NCBI GenBank assembly: GCA_026016245.1
Contig: CP061211.1
Location: 540,001 to 572,000, forward strand
Direction: 5' to 3'
Source: Candidatus Pacearchaeota archaeon
GTDB taxonomy: Archaea > Nanobdellota > Nanobdellia > Pacearchaeales > UBA284
DNA: 32,000 bases
In this document: positions 1 through 9,015 of the stretch, piece after piece
Layout of the letters: every line of letters begins with the position of its first letter
Numbering within the stretch: position 1 is the first letter of the stretch
The notes under the pieces: model-generated
What the model was told of the DNA's origin: nothing
Seen by the model: the letters and a program-made list of their open reading frames with translations, nothing else
Database searches by the model: none
Made by a program: the position numbers and the translations under genes

Positions 1-1568
1 GTTGTTCGTGTCGCATTTCTTAGATATCTGAAATTTTTATATTTGCTTTTTTTGAGATTGGGAAAAGATCCTCTTTTCTTTCCAAGATAAATACTTGCAT
101 TTCTTGCCTCTATGTTGATGAAAGACATGATTCTTTTTGCAGTCTTTAATGCTTTTTTTGAATTGTAAGGAATCCTTAATTTTATTAACATATCAGCAAA
201 ACCCATTATCCCTAAACCTATTTTTCTGTTTGCTTTGGTTATCTGTTCTATTTCAGGAAGAGGATATTTGTTTTTTTCTATCACATTGTCTAGAAAATGG
301 ATTGCTGTGTGGATAACTTTTCTTAGTTTTGTGTAGTTGATTTTTTCCTTCTCAACAAATTTTGACAAATTGATTGAGCCAAGATTACAAGATTCATATG
401 CAAGCAACGGAAGTTCCCCGCAAGGATTTGTTGCTTCTATTTTATCTAGTTTTGGTGTTGGTTGTTTTCTGTTAATTTCATCAATATATATCATCCCTGG
501 ATCCCCTGTTTTCCAGGCAGCTTTGTATATTTCGTTAAATAGTTTTTTTGCATCAATTTTTTTTGCTACTTTTCTTGTCCTAGGATTTATTAGATTAAAG
601 GTTTTGTTTTTTGTAGCGGCATTCATAAAAGAATCTGTTACAGCCACGCTTATGTTAAAGTTACTAAGCTGTCTTTCTTTTCCTTTTGCATGAATAAATT
701 CTTCTATGTCTGGATGTGTACAATGCAAGACAGCCATATTCGCCCCCCTTCTTTTACCACCTTGTTTTATTACATCTGTTGTCGCATCATAAATTTTGAT
801 AAAGCTGACTGGTCCTGATGCAACTCCTTTTGTGCTTTTAACTATGTCCCCTTTTGGCCTTAGGTTTGAGAATGAAAAGCCAGTGCCACCTCCAGATTGC
901 TGTATTTTTGCCATATCTTTAAGTGTTGTGAAAATGCTATCTAAACTGTCTTCTATTGGCAAGACAAAACATGCACTTAACTGTCCAATAGGTGTTCCAG
1001 CATTCATTAAAGTAGGGCTGTTAGGCAGGAATTCCAGATTTTTCATCATTTCTAAAAATTCTTTTTCAGTTTTTTTGGGATTCTGTCTAAATTTTTTGTC
1101 TGCACTTGCAACTGCTTTTGCAATTCTTTTAAACATTTGAGTCGGTGTTTCAATAATCTTGCCTTTATTATCCCTTAACAAATACCTTTCCTCCAAAACT
1201 TTTAATGCATTAGCACTGAATTTCATATCATCTTTAATTTTGAAGAAATTTCTAATTTCTCTTGCAGGATGTCTTGAACGCCTGTAGAGAGAATAGACTT
1301 TGAAAAGCCTTTCATTGTACTTTTCTAAAACTTCTTCTACTATCTCTTGTATCTGTTCAACTGTTGGTGTTTTTCTTTCCCATTTATTTATTCTTTCATT
1401 AAGCAAGAAAATAACATCAAAGGTAATTCTTCTAGCAGCTCTTTTGTTATCAAGGTCAAAAACTTTCATTGCTTTTATGATAGCATTAGTAATTTTTTTT
1501 GAATTGAAAGACACTATAGAACCGTCTCTTTTTCTTATTTTCTTGATTCTATTTTTCCTCTTTTTCAT
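1..1568 (-). CDS. nrdJ: Adenosylcobalamin-dependent (class II) ribonucleoside-diphosphate reductase, N-terminal part, truncated by window start
   Basis: Open minus-strand frame from ATG at 1568 to position 1, missing from the ORF track. Reads [37 protein letters not shown] (ATP-cone), [61 protein letters not shown]. The plus-strand ORFs at 337-1671 are antisense to it. Confidence 0.93.
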   Translation of the reverse strand, partial: [522 protein letters not shown]

Positions 1569-1674
1569 GTTTAAGAAAAGGTATTTGATTTTAAAAGCCT
1601 TTTCTATCACATACTTTCTTTTATATTTTTTAAATTATAATGATACTTATAAATCTGATAAATTTCTATAGAGA

Positions 1675-2172
1675 ATGAAAAGGCCTGAAAAAGATATTTA
1701 CTATTTGGGTATTGCGAGGCAGATAGCTAGAAGAGGAACTTGCCTGAGAAGAAGGATTGGGGCTATAATTGTTAAAAATGATGCTGTTATTTCTAGTGGC
1801 TATGCTGGGGCTCCTAGAGGAACCCCAAATTGCATAGACTTGAAAGAGTGTGTAAGAGATAAATTAAATATAAAAAGGGGGCAGAGATATGAATTATGCA
1901 GAAGTGTTCATGCTGAAGCAAACACGATAATAAATGCTGCAAGAACTGGAGCTAATATTCTTGGAGGTATGATGTATCTTTTTATGGAACACCCTGATGG
2001 AACCATTCTTTATGATAAACCTTGTAAGATGTGCAGAAGAATGATCATTAATGCAGGAATCAAAGAAGTAGTTGTGCCTTGGAAAGGGGGTATTAAAAGA
2101 TATGAAGTAAAGAACTGGGTAAAAGAATCAAGAAAAGATCCATTTAAGGAGGTTAGAGAAGAAGGATATTAA
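1675..2172 (+). CDS. dCMP deaminase (deoxycytidylate/cytidine deaminase fold)
   Basis: HAEANTIINAAR and PCKMCRRMIINAGI zinc-binding deaminase motifs; RGTCLRRRIGAIIVKND N-terminus. Confidence 0.93.
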   Translation: MKRPEKDIYYLGIARQIARRGTCLRRRIGAIIVKNDAVISSGYAGAPRGTPNCIDLKECVRDKLNIKRGQRYELCRSVHAEANTIINAARTGANILGGMMYLFMEHPDGTILYDKPCKMCRRMIINAGIKEVVVPWKGGIKRYEVKNWVKESRKDPFKEVREEGY

Positions 2173-3707
2173 AATCCATTAATTTTCTTTTGTTCTTTTT
2201 CTTTTATATTATCTTCAAAATCTTTTCTCATATCTTCCAGGGCCTCATACATCTTTTTTTCTTTATGATAAGCTGCCCAGTGATAACTTTCATCTCTTGT
2301 TCCCTTTGTCATCAAAATTATTAGCTTGCCTGGTTTTAGTCTTGCTGTTCTTCCTGTTCTTTGGATTTTCCTTATTGCACTTGGAATTGGCTCATAGAAT
2401 ATTACGAGATCAACTTCAGGAATATCTAAACCTTCTTCACCTATACTTGTTGAAACTAAAATATTAATCTTGCCTTGTTTGAATTCTCTTAGAATGGCTT
2501 GTTGCTCAATTTGTGTTAAGCCATTGGTTTTCCTTTTTGCTTGTCCTATAAATACTTTTGATTTTATTCTCTGCGATTCAAGAATCTGAGAAATTTTATT
2601 TACACTATCCCTATATTGGGAAAAAACAATTGCCCTCAATTCCTTGTTCTGTTTAATTTCCTCTTTTATTATTTCTTTCAATTTCTCAAACTTTGGATGC
2701 TCTATATTATTTCCAAATAGTTTCATCAAAATTAAGTATGAATCAGTAAAAGCTTTAGAATTTACAAGTTGTTTTACAGCCTTGCTTTTTCCTTGTTCTG
2801 CTTGCTCAAATAAATTCTGCATATAATTATGACTAGCTTCAATACCCTGGGTCTCAATTAATTCGAGGAGATGTTGTAATTTTATAGCCTGCGCGCATAC
2901 ACTAACTCCTCTAAGAATATTGAAATGTCTGTTTCCAGAACCAATCATTCTCTGCAGCTTTTTTTGTAGATCTATTATATTTGTTTTGGTTGCTCTTGAA
3001 AATAAGAGCTTTCTATTCTTTAACTCATCAACTCTTTTTTTATAAACTTCTTGTAAGAGAAACCTTATATTTTGCAGTTCTTTTGTCAATTCAACCTTTA
3101 CTATTTTTTTCTCGAGTTTTTGTAAATAGGGTTTAACATCAGGGCTTTCTCTTGTTCTGATTTCTACAGCATCTATTCCTAGATTCTTACATACTCTTTT
3201 TATTATAGTGGCGTCACTACCCGGACTTGCTGTAAGCCCAAGAAGTCTGGATTTTTCTGCTTCTTTCAAGTATCTTTTAGCAACATAAACATAAGCATAA
3301 TTTTTCAGGCATCTATGAACTTCATCCTCAATTAACAGAGAAACATTTTCCAAGGCTATTCTTTCATACTTCAAATCATTTTCAATGCATTGTGGTGTAG
3401 AAAAGATGATTTTTGCATTTTTCCATATCTCTTTTCTTATGCTAGGATTAATTTTTCCAGTAAAAATGTGACTTTCATATTTTTTTTGCATATTTTTTTT
3501 GAAATAATTGTAGTGCTGTTCTACTAATGGGCGTGTTGGAGCAAGGAATAGGATTTTTGAATCTGGAAATTTTTCAAGTCTGTGAGAAGCTAAGAGAAAG
3601 GCTATGAGGGTTTTGCCAAGACCTGTTGGAAGTACAACTAAGGTATTGTGTTTTTTAGCTGTTTTAAAAATAGCTTCCTGATATGCCCTTGGCCTTTCCA
3701 TATCCAC
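2169..3707 (-). CDS. hef: Hef/Mph1/FANCM-type superfamily 2 helicase, helicase part only
   Basis: Walker A LPTGLGKT, DEVH, GLTASPG, and C-terminal GEEGLDIPEVDLVIFYEPIPSAIRKIQRTGRTAR; no ERCC4/XPF nuclease domain after the helicase. Confidence 0.85.
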   Translation of the reverse strand: MDMERPRAYQEAIFKTAKKHNTLVVLPTGLGKTLIAFLLASHRLEKFPDSKILFLAPTRPLVEQHYNYFKKNMQKKYESHIFTGKINPSIRKEIWKNAKIIFSTPQCIENDLKYERIALENVSLLIEDEVHRCLKNYAYVYVAKRYLKEAEKSRLLGLTASPGSDATIIKRVCKNLGIDAVEIRTRESPDVKPYLQKLEKKIVKVELTKELQNIRFLLQEVYKKRVDELKNRKLLFSRATKTNIIDLQKKLQRMIGSGNRHFNILRGVSVCAQAIKLQHLLELIETQGIEASHNYMQNLFEQAEQGKSKAVKQLVNSKAFTDSYLILMKLFGNNIEHPKFEKLKEIIKEEIKQNKELRAIVFSQYRDSVNKISQILESQRIKSKVFIGQAKRKTNGLTQIEQQAILREFKQGKINILVSTSIGEEGLDIPEVDLVIFYEPIPSAIRKIQRTGRTARLKPGKLIILMTKGTRDESYHWAAYHKEKKMYEALEDMRKDFEDNIKEKEQKKINGF

Positions 3708-3723
3708 TTTAGGTTTTGAAAGT

Positions 3724-4131
3724 TTATAAAGAATTCTTTATTTTATCTGCTATTTTTTGTAATTCTTCTTTGGACTTTACTTTTCCAGGCCAAAGTTTGT
3801 AACCATCACCTTCAAATCTTGGCATAATGTGGACATGTAAATGAAAAAAAGATTGGCCTGCTATTTTTTTATTATTGATTCCTATATTAAATCCTGGGGC
3901 ATTTAATACTTCAGTGATTGTTTTGCTTAGTTTTTGGACAACCCCCATCATCTCACAAAGAATATTTTGTGGAATATCTAAAAGATTTTCATAATGCTTT
4001 TTTGGAATTACAAGAGCATGTCCTGGATTTACTGGTTGAATGTCAAGAAATGCAAAAAAATCATCATCCTCATAAATTTTATAAGAAGGAATTTCTCCTG
4101 TGGCAATTTTACAGAATATACAATCAGGCAT
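3724..4131 (-). CDS. HIT family hydrolase
   Basis: DCIFCKIATGEIPSYKIYEDDD..AFLDIQPVNPGHALVIPKKHYEN; HLHVHIMPR histidine triad. Confidence 0.95.
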   Translation of the reverse strand: MPDCIFCKIATGEIPSYKIYEDDDFFAFLDIQPVNPGHALVIPKKHYENLLDIPQNILCEMMGVVQKLSKTITEVLNAPGFNIGINNKKIAGQSFFHLHVHIMPRFEGDGYKLWPGKVKSKEELQKIADKIKNSL

Positions 4132-4137
4132 TTTATT

Positions 4138-4272
4138 TTAGCCGATATAACGACTTATAATCTCTTTATCTTCTTGGGTAAATTGGTCAATAGAATCAGA
4201 ATCTGTTAGTTCTTTTTCAAGTTCAAGTATTTCCTCAGCCTCTGTTTTGTCTTTTTTCCTTTTCTTTTTCAT
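4138..4272 (-). CDS. Small charged hypothetical protein (44 aa); start revised from the 4362 ORF to avoid the tRNA
   Basis: MKKKRKKDKTEAEEILELEKELTDSDSIDQFTQEDKEIISRYIG; in-frame ATG at 4270-4272, upstream codons overlap tRNA-Ala. Confidence 0.5.
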   Translation of the reverse strand: MKKKRKKDKTEAEEILELEKELTDSDSIDQFTQEDKEIISRYIG

Positions 4273-4320
4273 TGTAACCACCAACATAAGAAGTTGAAGT
4301 TTATAATTCTTTCTGAGAAA

Positions 4321-4392
4321 TGGACTCGCCGGGATTCGAACCCGGAACCTCACCCTAGCCAAGGGCGCATTCGACCATTGAACTACGAGCCC
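4321..4392 (-). tRNA. tRNA-Ala, anticodon GGC, no encoded CCA
   Basis: RC folds as GGGCTCG TA GTTC AATGGTC GAAT G CGCCC TTGGCTA GGGTG AGGTT CCGGG TTCGAAT CCCGG CGAGTCC A; all stems pair, G3:U70 present. Confidence 0.93.
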
Positions 4393-4425
4393 ACAATTTA
4401 AGAAATGGGAAGAGGTTTTTAATTT

Positions 4426-4950
4426 TTAAGGTTTTATTTTTGTGACAAAAGCTGTTATTTCTTGAATTCCCTGATTGCCAATGATTAAATATAATGTAAA
4501 TAAAAGCAATATAATGAAAAAGATTTGTTCTGAAATAGTTCCTGTGCTTATTTTCCACTTTAAGTGAAAGGTTTTTGATTTCCAAAGCCATTTTATTCCA
4601 GAGATGTTTAAGGAATCTGCTGCTAGATGCATAAAATAGCCTATTGGCAGTGCTATGGAGAAGATAAGGGGGGCATTGATGAAGTAAACAATAACAAAAG
4701 AGATAACAAAAAAGATTAACAAGCCATAAATGCTATGCCAAAAACCTCTGTGTTTTGAGAAGGCTGCAACACCTCTACCAAATCCAAGCAGATAGTTTCT
4801 ATTCACATAACTTCTTGGAGAATCTATGTCTGGAAGAATAGCTCCAAAACACAAAACTAAAGTAAAAATTATTGAAAATTGTATTGGAAAGATGGTTATG
4901 AATAAAAGATAAAAGAAAAGTGCAAAGAGAATATGTGTACGGAACATCAT
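4426..4950 (-). CDS. YdjM-family membrane-bound metal-dependent hydrolase
   Basis: RTHILFALFF, GAILPDIDSPRS, HRGFWHSIYG, GYFMHLAADSL histidine/aspartate motifs in a multi-TM protein. Confidence 0.8.
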   Translation of the reverse strand: MMFRTHILFALFFYLLFITIFPIQFSIIFTLVLCFGAILPDIDSPRSYVNRNYLLGFGRGVAAFSKHRGFWHSIYGLLIFFVISFVIVYFINAPLIFSIALPIGYFMHLAADSLNISGIKWLWKSKTFHLKWKISTGTISEQIFFIILLLFTLYLIIGNQGIQEITAFVTKIKP

Positions 4951-4951
4951 T

Positions 4952-6445
4952 TTACATTATATTTTTTAATTCAACAAGAAGAGTGCCTATCTTAACTCGT
5001 TTTTGTTTCATGCTATCCCTTTCTCTTATTGTTACTGTGTCATCTTTAAGAGTTTGGCTGTCTATTGTTATGCAATAAGGTGTTCCTATCTCATCTTGTC
5101 TTCTGTAGCGTCTGCCTATTGCTCCTGTTTCATCATAAAAACATAAAAGGTCTTTTTTCAATATATTATAAACTTCTTTGGCTTTTTCTGGCATTGCTTC
5201 TCTACTTACAAGAGGGAATATTGCTATGTCTATTGGGGAAACTGTTATGGGAAATGAGAATACTGTTCTTTCTTTTTCCTCTTTAAAGAAAATATCCATT
5301 AAGGCCCAGATGTCTCTATCGATTCCTAAGCTGATTTCTAAAACATGAGGGATAAATTTTTTGTTATTATAGAAAATCTTAAGATTTTCTTTACTGTATT
5401 TTTCATGCCCCCCCAAATCATGATCTGTTCTGTAATGGACCCCCCCAACTTCTCTAAATTCGCCAAGAGTTTCAAGTTCTAATTCAACATCCCAATGGAT
5501 CTTATTGTAGAATGCTCTTTCCTTCTCACTCAATTCTCTAAGTCTGAACTTACTTTTTGGTATTTTTAGTTGTTCAATATAGAATTTTTGTGCCAGAGCG
5601 AGATTTTTGACATAAAATTTTGGTAACTTAAGTTTTTTGTTCGTATCTTCGCAGGTTATTTCTTTTACTTTCTTTTCCTTTTGTGGAAGCATGATTAATT
5701 TGTATTTTGAAATTTGTTTCCATTCTTCTTTATCTAATCTATTTATTTCTGCAGGATCAAAGAAAATTTGGAGTTCTGCCTGATGGAATTCTTTCATCCT
5801 GGTTATTAGCTGTCTGGGAGAGAGTTCGTTTCTAAAAGCTTTTCCTATAATAGCTATACCTAAAGGTAATTTTTTCCTCGTTGCCTCAAATTCCCTTTTG
5901 AAAGCAAGATAAGAGGCTTGTGCTGTTTCTGGCGTCAAATAAGCCATGTCCTTTATTCCTACAGCTCCTAGCTGTATTGGGAACATCATATTGAACCATT
6001 TTACCTGTCCTAGGTGCCAAGATCCACATTTAGGACATTTTAATTTATTTTTTCTTATTAAATCAGACATTTCTTCTGGTGTCAATTCTTCAACCTTTAT
6101 TTTTAGCCTGCTTTCAAGAAATTGATCTGCTCTGAATCTAAAATGACAGGTTTTGCATTCAACTAAAGGATCATTAAAATGCTCAAGATGACCTGAAGCA
6201 ATAAAAACTTTTTCTGGTAGAATAACCGAAGACCCAATCTCATAATAATTTTCATTACTTTTTATAAAATATTCCTTCCAGAGATTCTCAAATTTGTTTT
6301 TCATGGCTTTACCAAGGTGGCCATAGCTAAGCAGTCCGGCCTTTCCTCCATAAATTTCAGCTGTAGGCCAGAAAAATCCCCTTTTGAGGGCTATTGTTGT
6401 TATTTTACTTAATTTCTCTACAGCTTCTTTCTCTTTTTTTCTCAT
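4952..6445 (-). CDS. glyS: Glycyl-tRNA synthetase (class II)
   Basis: GGKAGLLSYGHLGKAMKNKFENLWKEYF, ESRLKIKVEELTPEEM, FRNELSPRQLITRMKEFHQAELQIFF, LEISLGIDRDIWALMD, and C-terminal anticodon-binding region. Confidence 0.93.
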   Translation of the reverse strand: MRKKEKEAVEKLSKITTIALKRGFFWPTAEIYGGKAGLLSYGHLGKAMKNKFENLWKEYFIKSNENYYEIGSSVILPEKVFIASGHLEHFNDPLVECKTCHFRFRADQFLESRLKIKVEELTPEEMSDLIRKNKLKCPKCGSWHLGQVKWFNMMFPIQLGAVGIKDMAYLTPETAQASYLAFKREFEATRKKLPLGIAIIGKAFRNELSPRQLITRMKEFHQAELQIFFDPAEINRLDKEEWKQISKYKLIMLPQKEKKVKEITCEDTNKKLKLPKFYVKNLALAQKFYIEQLKIPKSKFRLRELSEKERAFYNKIHWDVELELETLGEFREVGGVHYRTDHDLGGHEKYSKENLKIFYNNKKFIPHVLEISLGIDRDIWALMDIFFKEEKERTVFSFPITVSPIDIAIFPLVSREAMPEKAKEVYNILKKDLLCFYDETGAIGRRYRRQDEIGTPYCITIDSQTLKDDTVTIRERDSMKQKRVKIGTLLVELKNIM

Positions 6446-6483
6446 GCTTATATTTGTAATGATATTTATTTAAATTTTATTAA

Positions 6484-7083
6484 TTATTCTTCCTCACTTT
6501 CTTCTTCTTTTTCTTCCTCTTCCTCTTCTTCAGCTTTTGGTTCTAGAAATTGTAAAATCCAGAAAAAGAGAACAGTCACAATGAAAAGGAAAAGCACTGC
6601 TGGAAGAAGTGATAGATTTATAGGAATGTTAGAATAGATAAGGACAATACTAATGACACCAATATAATTCATGATTAATGCAGATGAAAGTCCAAATGCA
6701 AATCTCTTTGAAACAAGATGAAAAAAGTTTAGGACTAGCAAGAAGATGCTTTCAAGAAGGATTATGAACGCAATAAATGTTTTCTGGGAGGCTACTTCTA
6801 GTACTTCTGGAGCAACTGTTGTTAAACCCACAAGCATATTTTTTGAGTAAAGAAAAGAAGCTAAATTCATACCAACAAAAAATAACACTATAGAGTTACT
6901 CACAGCGCTATTCCATCCAAGCTTTTCTTCTTTATACCTGCCAAAATATAATTCCATTAAGAATAAAGCCACCAGCAAGGGAAGCAGAATCCACAACATC
7001 TCTGTATTTATTAGCGGTTGTTTTAATATGTCTACGGTTCTTTCTAACATCAAGTTTATTGCTGTTTCAAGGCCACTTACCAT
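6484..7083 (-). CDS. Multi-TM membrane protein with Glu-rich C-terminal tail, unknown function
   Basis: Several hydrophobic helices, tail EPKAEEEEEEEKEEESEEE. Confidence 0.7.
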   Translation of the reverse strand: MVSGLETAINLMLERTVDILKQPLINTEMLWILLPLLVALFLMELYFGRYKEEKLGWNSAVSNSIVLFFVGMNLASFLYSKNMLVGLTTVAPEVLEVASQKTFIAFIILLESIFLLVLNFFHLVSKRFAFGLSSALIMNYIGVISIVLIYSNIPINLSLLPAVLFLFIVTVLFFWILQFLEPKAEEEEEEEKEEESEEE

Positions 7084-7090
7084 CTCCTAT

Positions 7091-7672
7091 TTACCTCTTT
7101 TTCTTCTTCTTTGTTTTAGTTTTTTGTATTTTTAACTTTTTCCAACTATTTTTTATTATGAATGCTACTATATAGATGATCATAATGCCAGTAACCACAT
7201 CACTAAGATAATGTAAGCCAAACCATATTCTCGTGAAAATAATTAAACAAGATATTATAAGCCAGATTATTTTAAGGTATTTTTCTTTTTTATAATCCAA
7301 AAATGGAAGAATAGTAAAAATTAAAGGATGACCAGAAGGGAAAGAGTCCTGTGATCCAGGTAAAAAGGGCCTGGGTCTCAATATTATATTTTTTAATAAT
7401 AAGATTAATATCAAGGAGATAAGGAAAGTAATAGTGAATGGTAAAATGTTTTTTCTTTTTTTCCAAAAAACAATTCCAAAAGTGGATAATATCACAAGAG
7501 GATAGTAGATAAATGCATCTTCAATAAATAGGAGCCATGAAAAGAAAGTATCCATAACAGGATTCCTAATAGACTGTATTAAAAAAAAGATTTGGTTATC
7601 TAACATAAGACTTACAATAAAAACAATGATAGCTATAATAAAAAAAATAATTGTTTTTGCCTCTTTCTTCAT
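7091..7672 (-). CDS. PAP2 superfamily phosphatase
   Basis: KNIILRPRPFLPG, SFPSGHPLIF, RIWFGLHYLSDVVTG: three PAP2 motifs. Confidence 0.9.
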   Translation of the reverse strand: MKKEAKTIIFFIIAIIVFIVSLMLDNQIFFLIQSIRNPVMDTFFSWLLFIEDAFIYYPLVILSTFGIVFWKKRKNILPFTITFLISLILILLLKNIILRPRPFLPGSQDSFPSGHPLIFTILPFLDYKKEKYLKIIWLIISCLIIFTRIWFGLHYLSDVVTGIMIIYIVAFIIKNSWKKLKIQKTKTKKKKKR

Positions 7673-7720
7673 TCTGTTTCTTATCTAAAGATATTTAAAT
7701 AATTTTGTTATGATAAGATT

Positions 7721-8245
7721 ATGGAAAAAGAGATCAAGGAAATTCTTTTAAGATATTTTATTGGGGTGGTTGTTGCCATCATTGCTTTATTTGTTCCTTT
7801 ATTTTATTTTATTTTTAGACCCTTAACAGTTTGGCCAACTTTTTTGATTTTAGATATTTTTTATGATGTTTCTTTGAATGCTTTGGATAATATTGTGGTG
7901 GAGGGATTTACAATAGAATTTATAGATGCTTGTATTGCTGGTAGTGCTTATTTTCTATTATTTTTGTTGAATGTTTTGACTTTTGGAATAGGTCTAAAGA
8001 AGAGATTTTTTATCTTTATTTTTAATGCTGCTCTTTTATTAATTATGAATATACTAAGACTTGTTATTCTTATTGTTCTTGTTGTTAATGGATCAGCAAT
8101 CTTTGATGTGACACATAAGGTATTTTGGTATGGGATAAGCACAGGATATGTTGCTCTGATTTGGATTCTTACAGTTGTAGTTTTTAAGATAAAGGCTATT
8201 CCATTTATTTCTGATATTAGATTAATTTTAAGTAAGAAGAGATGA
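7721..8245 (+). CDS. Exosortase/archaeosortase-like membrane transpeptidase (possibly pacearchaeosortase)
   Basis: Multi-TM with EFIDACIAGSAYFLLFLLNVL (Cys), MNILRLVILIVL (Arg) and DVTHKVFWYGISTGY (His), matching the Cys/Arg/His order of exosortases. Confidence 0.75.
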   Translation: MEKEIKEILLRYFIGVVVAIIALFVPLFYFIFRPLTVWPTFLILDIFYDVSLNALDNIVVEGFTIEFIDACIAGSAYFLLFLLNVLTFGIGLKKRFFIFIFNAALLLIMNILRLVILIVLVVNGSAIFDVTHKVFWYGISTGYVALIWILTVVVFKIKAIPFISDIRLILSKKR

Positions 8246-8731
8246 TTAGATTAACCTGAATAGTGTTATTATTCCTGTTGTAGCTAATGTTACAATTATT
8301 CCTGCTATTATTATTCCTAATGCTATAGCCAGGAAACTTCTTCTTCTTTTTAGGTTTAGAAGCCATGCTATTAAGGTGCCAGTCCATGCTCCTGTTATTG
8401 GTAAGGGGATAGCCACAAAAAAGGTTAGAGCTATGATACCATAAGTTTGATAATTTCTCTCGACTTTTTTCTTTCTTGTTCTTATTCTTTTTAAGAATAT
8501 ATCAAATGTTTTTTTGTAAGGCTTGATTTTAAGCAGGTGTTTGTGGAGATAGTCAAGAAATAAGAAAATAGGGAGAATAATGATTATATTGGCGAGAGTA
8601 CAGAAAATAAAAGCAGTTAAGGGATTAATGCCATGTGCAATTGCAAAAGGTATGCCTCCTCTTAGTTCTATTATAGGTAGAAGACTGATGAGCATACCAG
8701 CTAAAAGAGAGTCCATCATATTTCTAGCCAA
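8246..8731 (-). CDS. Small multidrug export protein family (COG2426-like) membrane protein
   Basis: [28 protein letters not shown] and [24 protein letters not shown]. Confidence 0.8.
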   Translation of the reverse strand: MARNMMDSLLAGMLISLLPIIELRGGIPFAIAHGINPLTAFIFCTLANIIIILPIFLFLDYLHKHLLKIKPYKKTFDIFLKRIRTRKKKVERNYQTYGIIALTFFVAIPLPITGAWTGTLIAWLLNLKRRRSFLAIALGIIIAGIIVTLATTGIITLFRLI

Positions 8732-9005
8732 ATAATGCAGCTAGACCTTCTGCAGCTTCTTCTTTCTTTTCCTCTTTCTTCTCTTCCTTCTTCTCTTCAG
8801 GTTTGGCTGCTGGAGCTGTTACCGGCATTGCTGCAGCTTCCTTCAATGCTTTTTCTATGTCTACCCCTTTCAAACTAGCTATCACTGTCTTTAGTCTGGA
8901 TTCATCTACTGTAGAACCTGCTGCTTCCATCACTTTCTTAAGGTTCTCTTCAGTTATTTCCTTCCCAAGTTTATGCAATAATAAAGCCGCATATACATAT
9001 TCCAT
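8724..9005 (-). CDS. rpl12: Ribosomal stalk protein P1 (archaeal L12)
   Basis: [33 protein letters not shown] and charged linker ending EGLAALFG. Confidence 0.97.
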   Translation of the reverse strand: MEYVYAALLLHKLGKEITEENLKKVMEAAGSTVDESRLKTVIASLKGVDIEKALKEAAAMPVTAPAAKPEEKKEEKKEEKKEEAAEGLAALFG

Positions 9006-9015
9006 TTTTCCTCCA

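Noticed and set aside
337-1671. Three plus-strand ORFs (118, 114 and 123 aa)
   Set aside because: They lie antisense to a clear, continuous class II ribonucleotide reductase reading frame on the minus strand
4355-4591. 78-aa minus-strand ORF ending LWARSSMVECALG
   Set aside because: Overlaps tRNA-Ala and is out of frame within the hydrolase gene region; no recognisable domain
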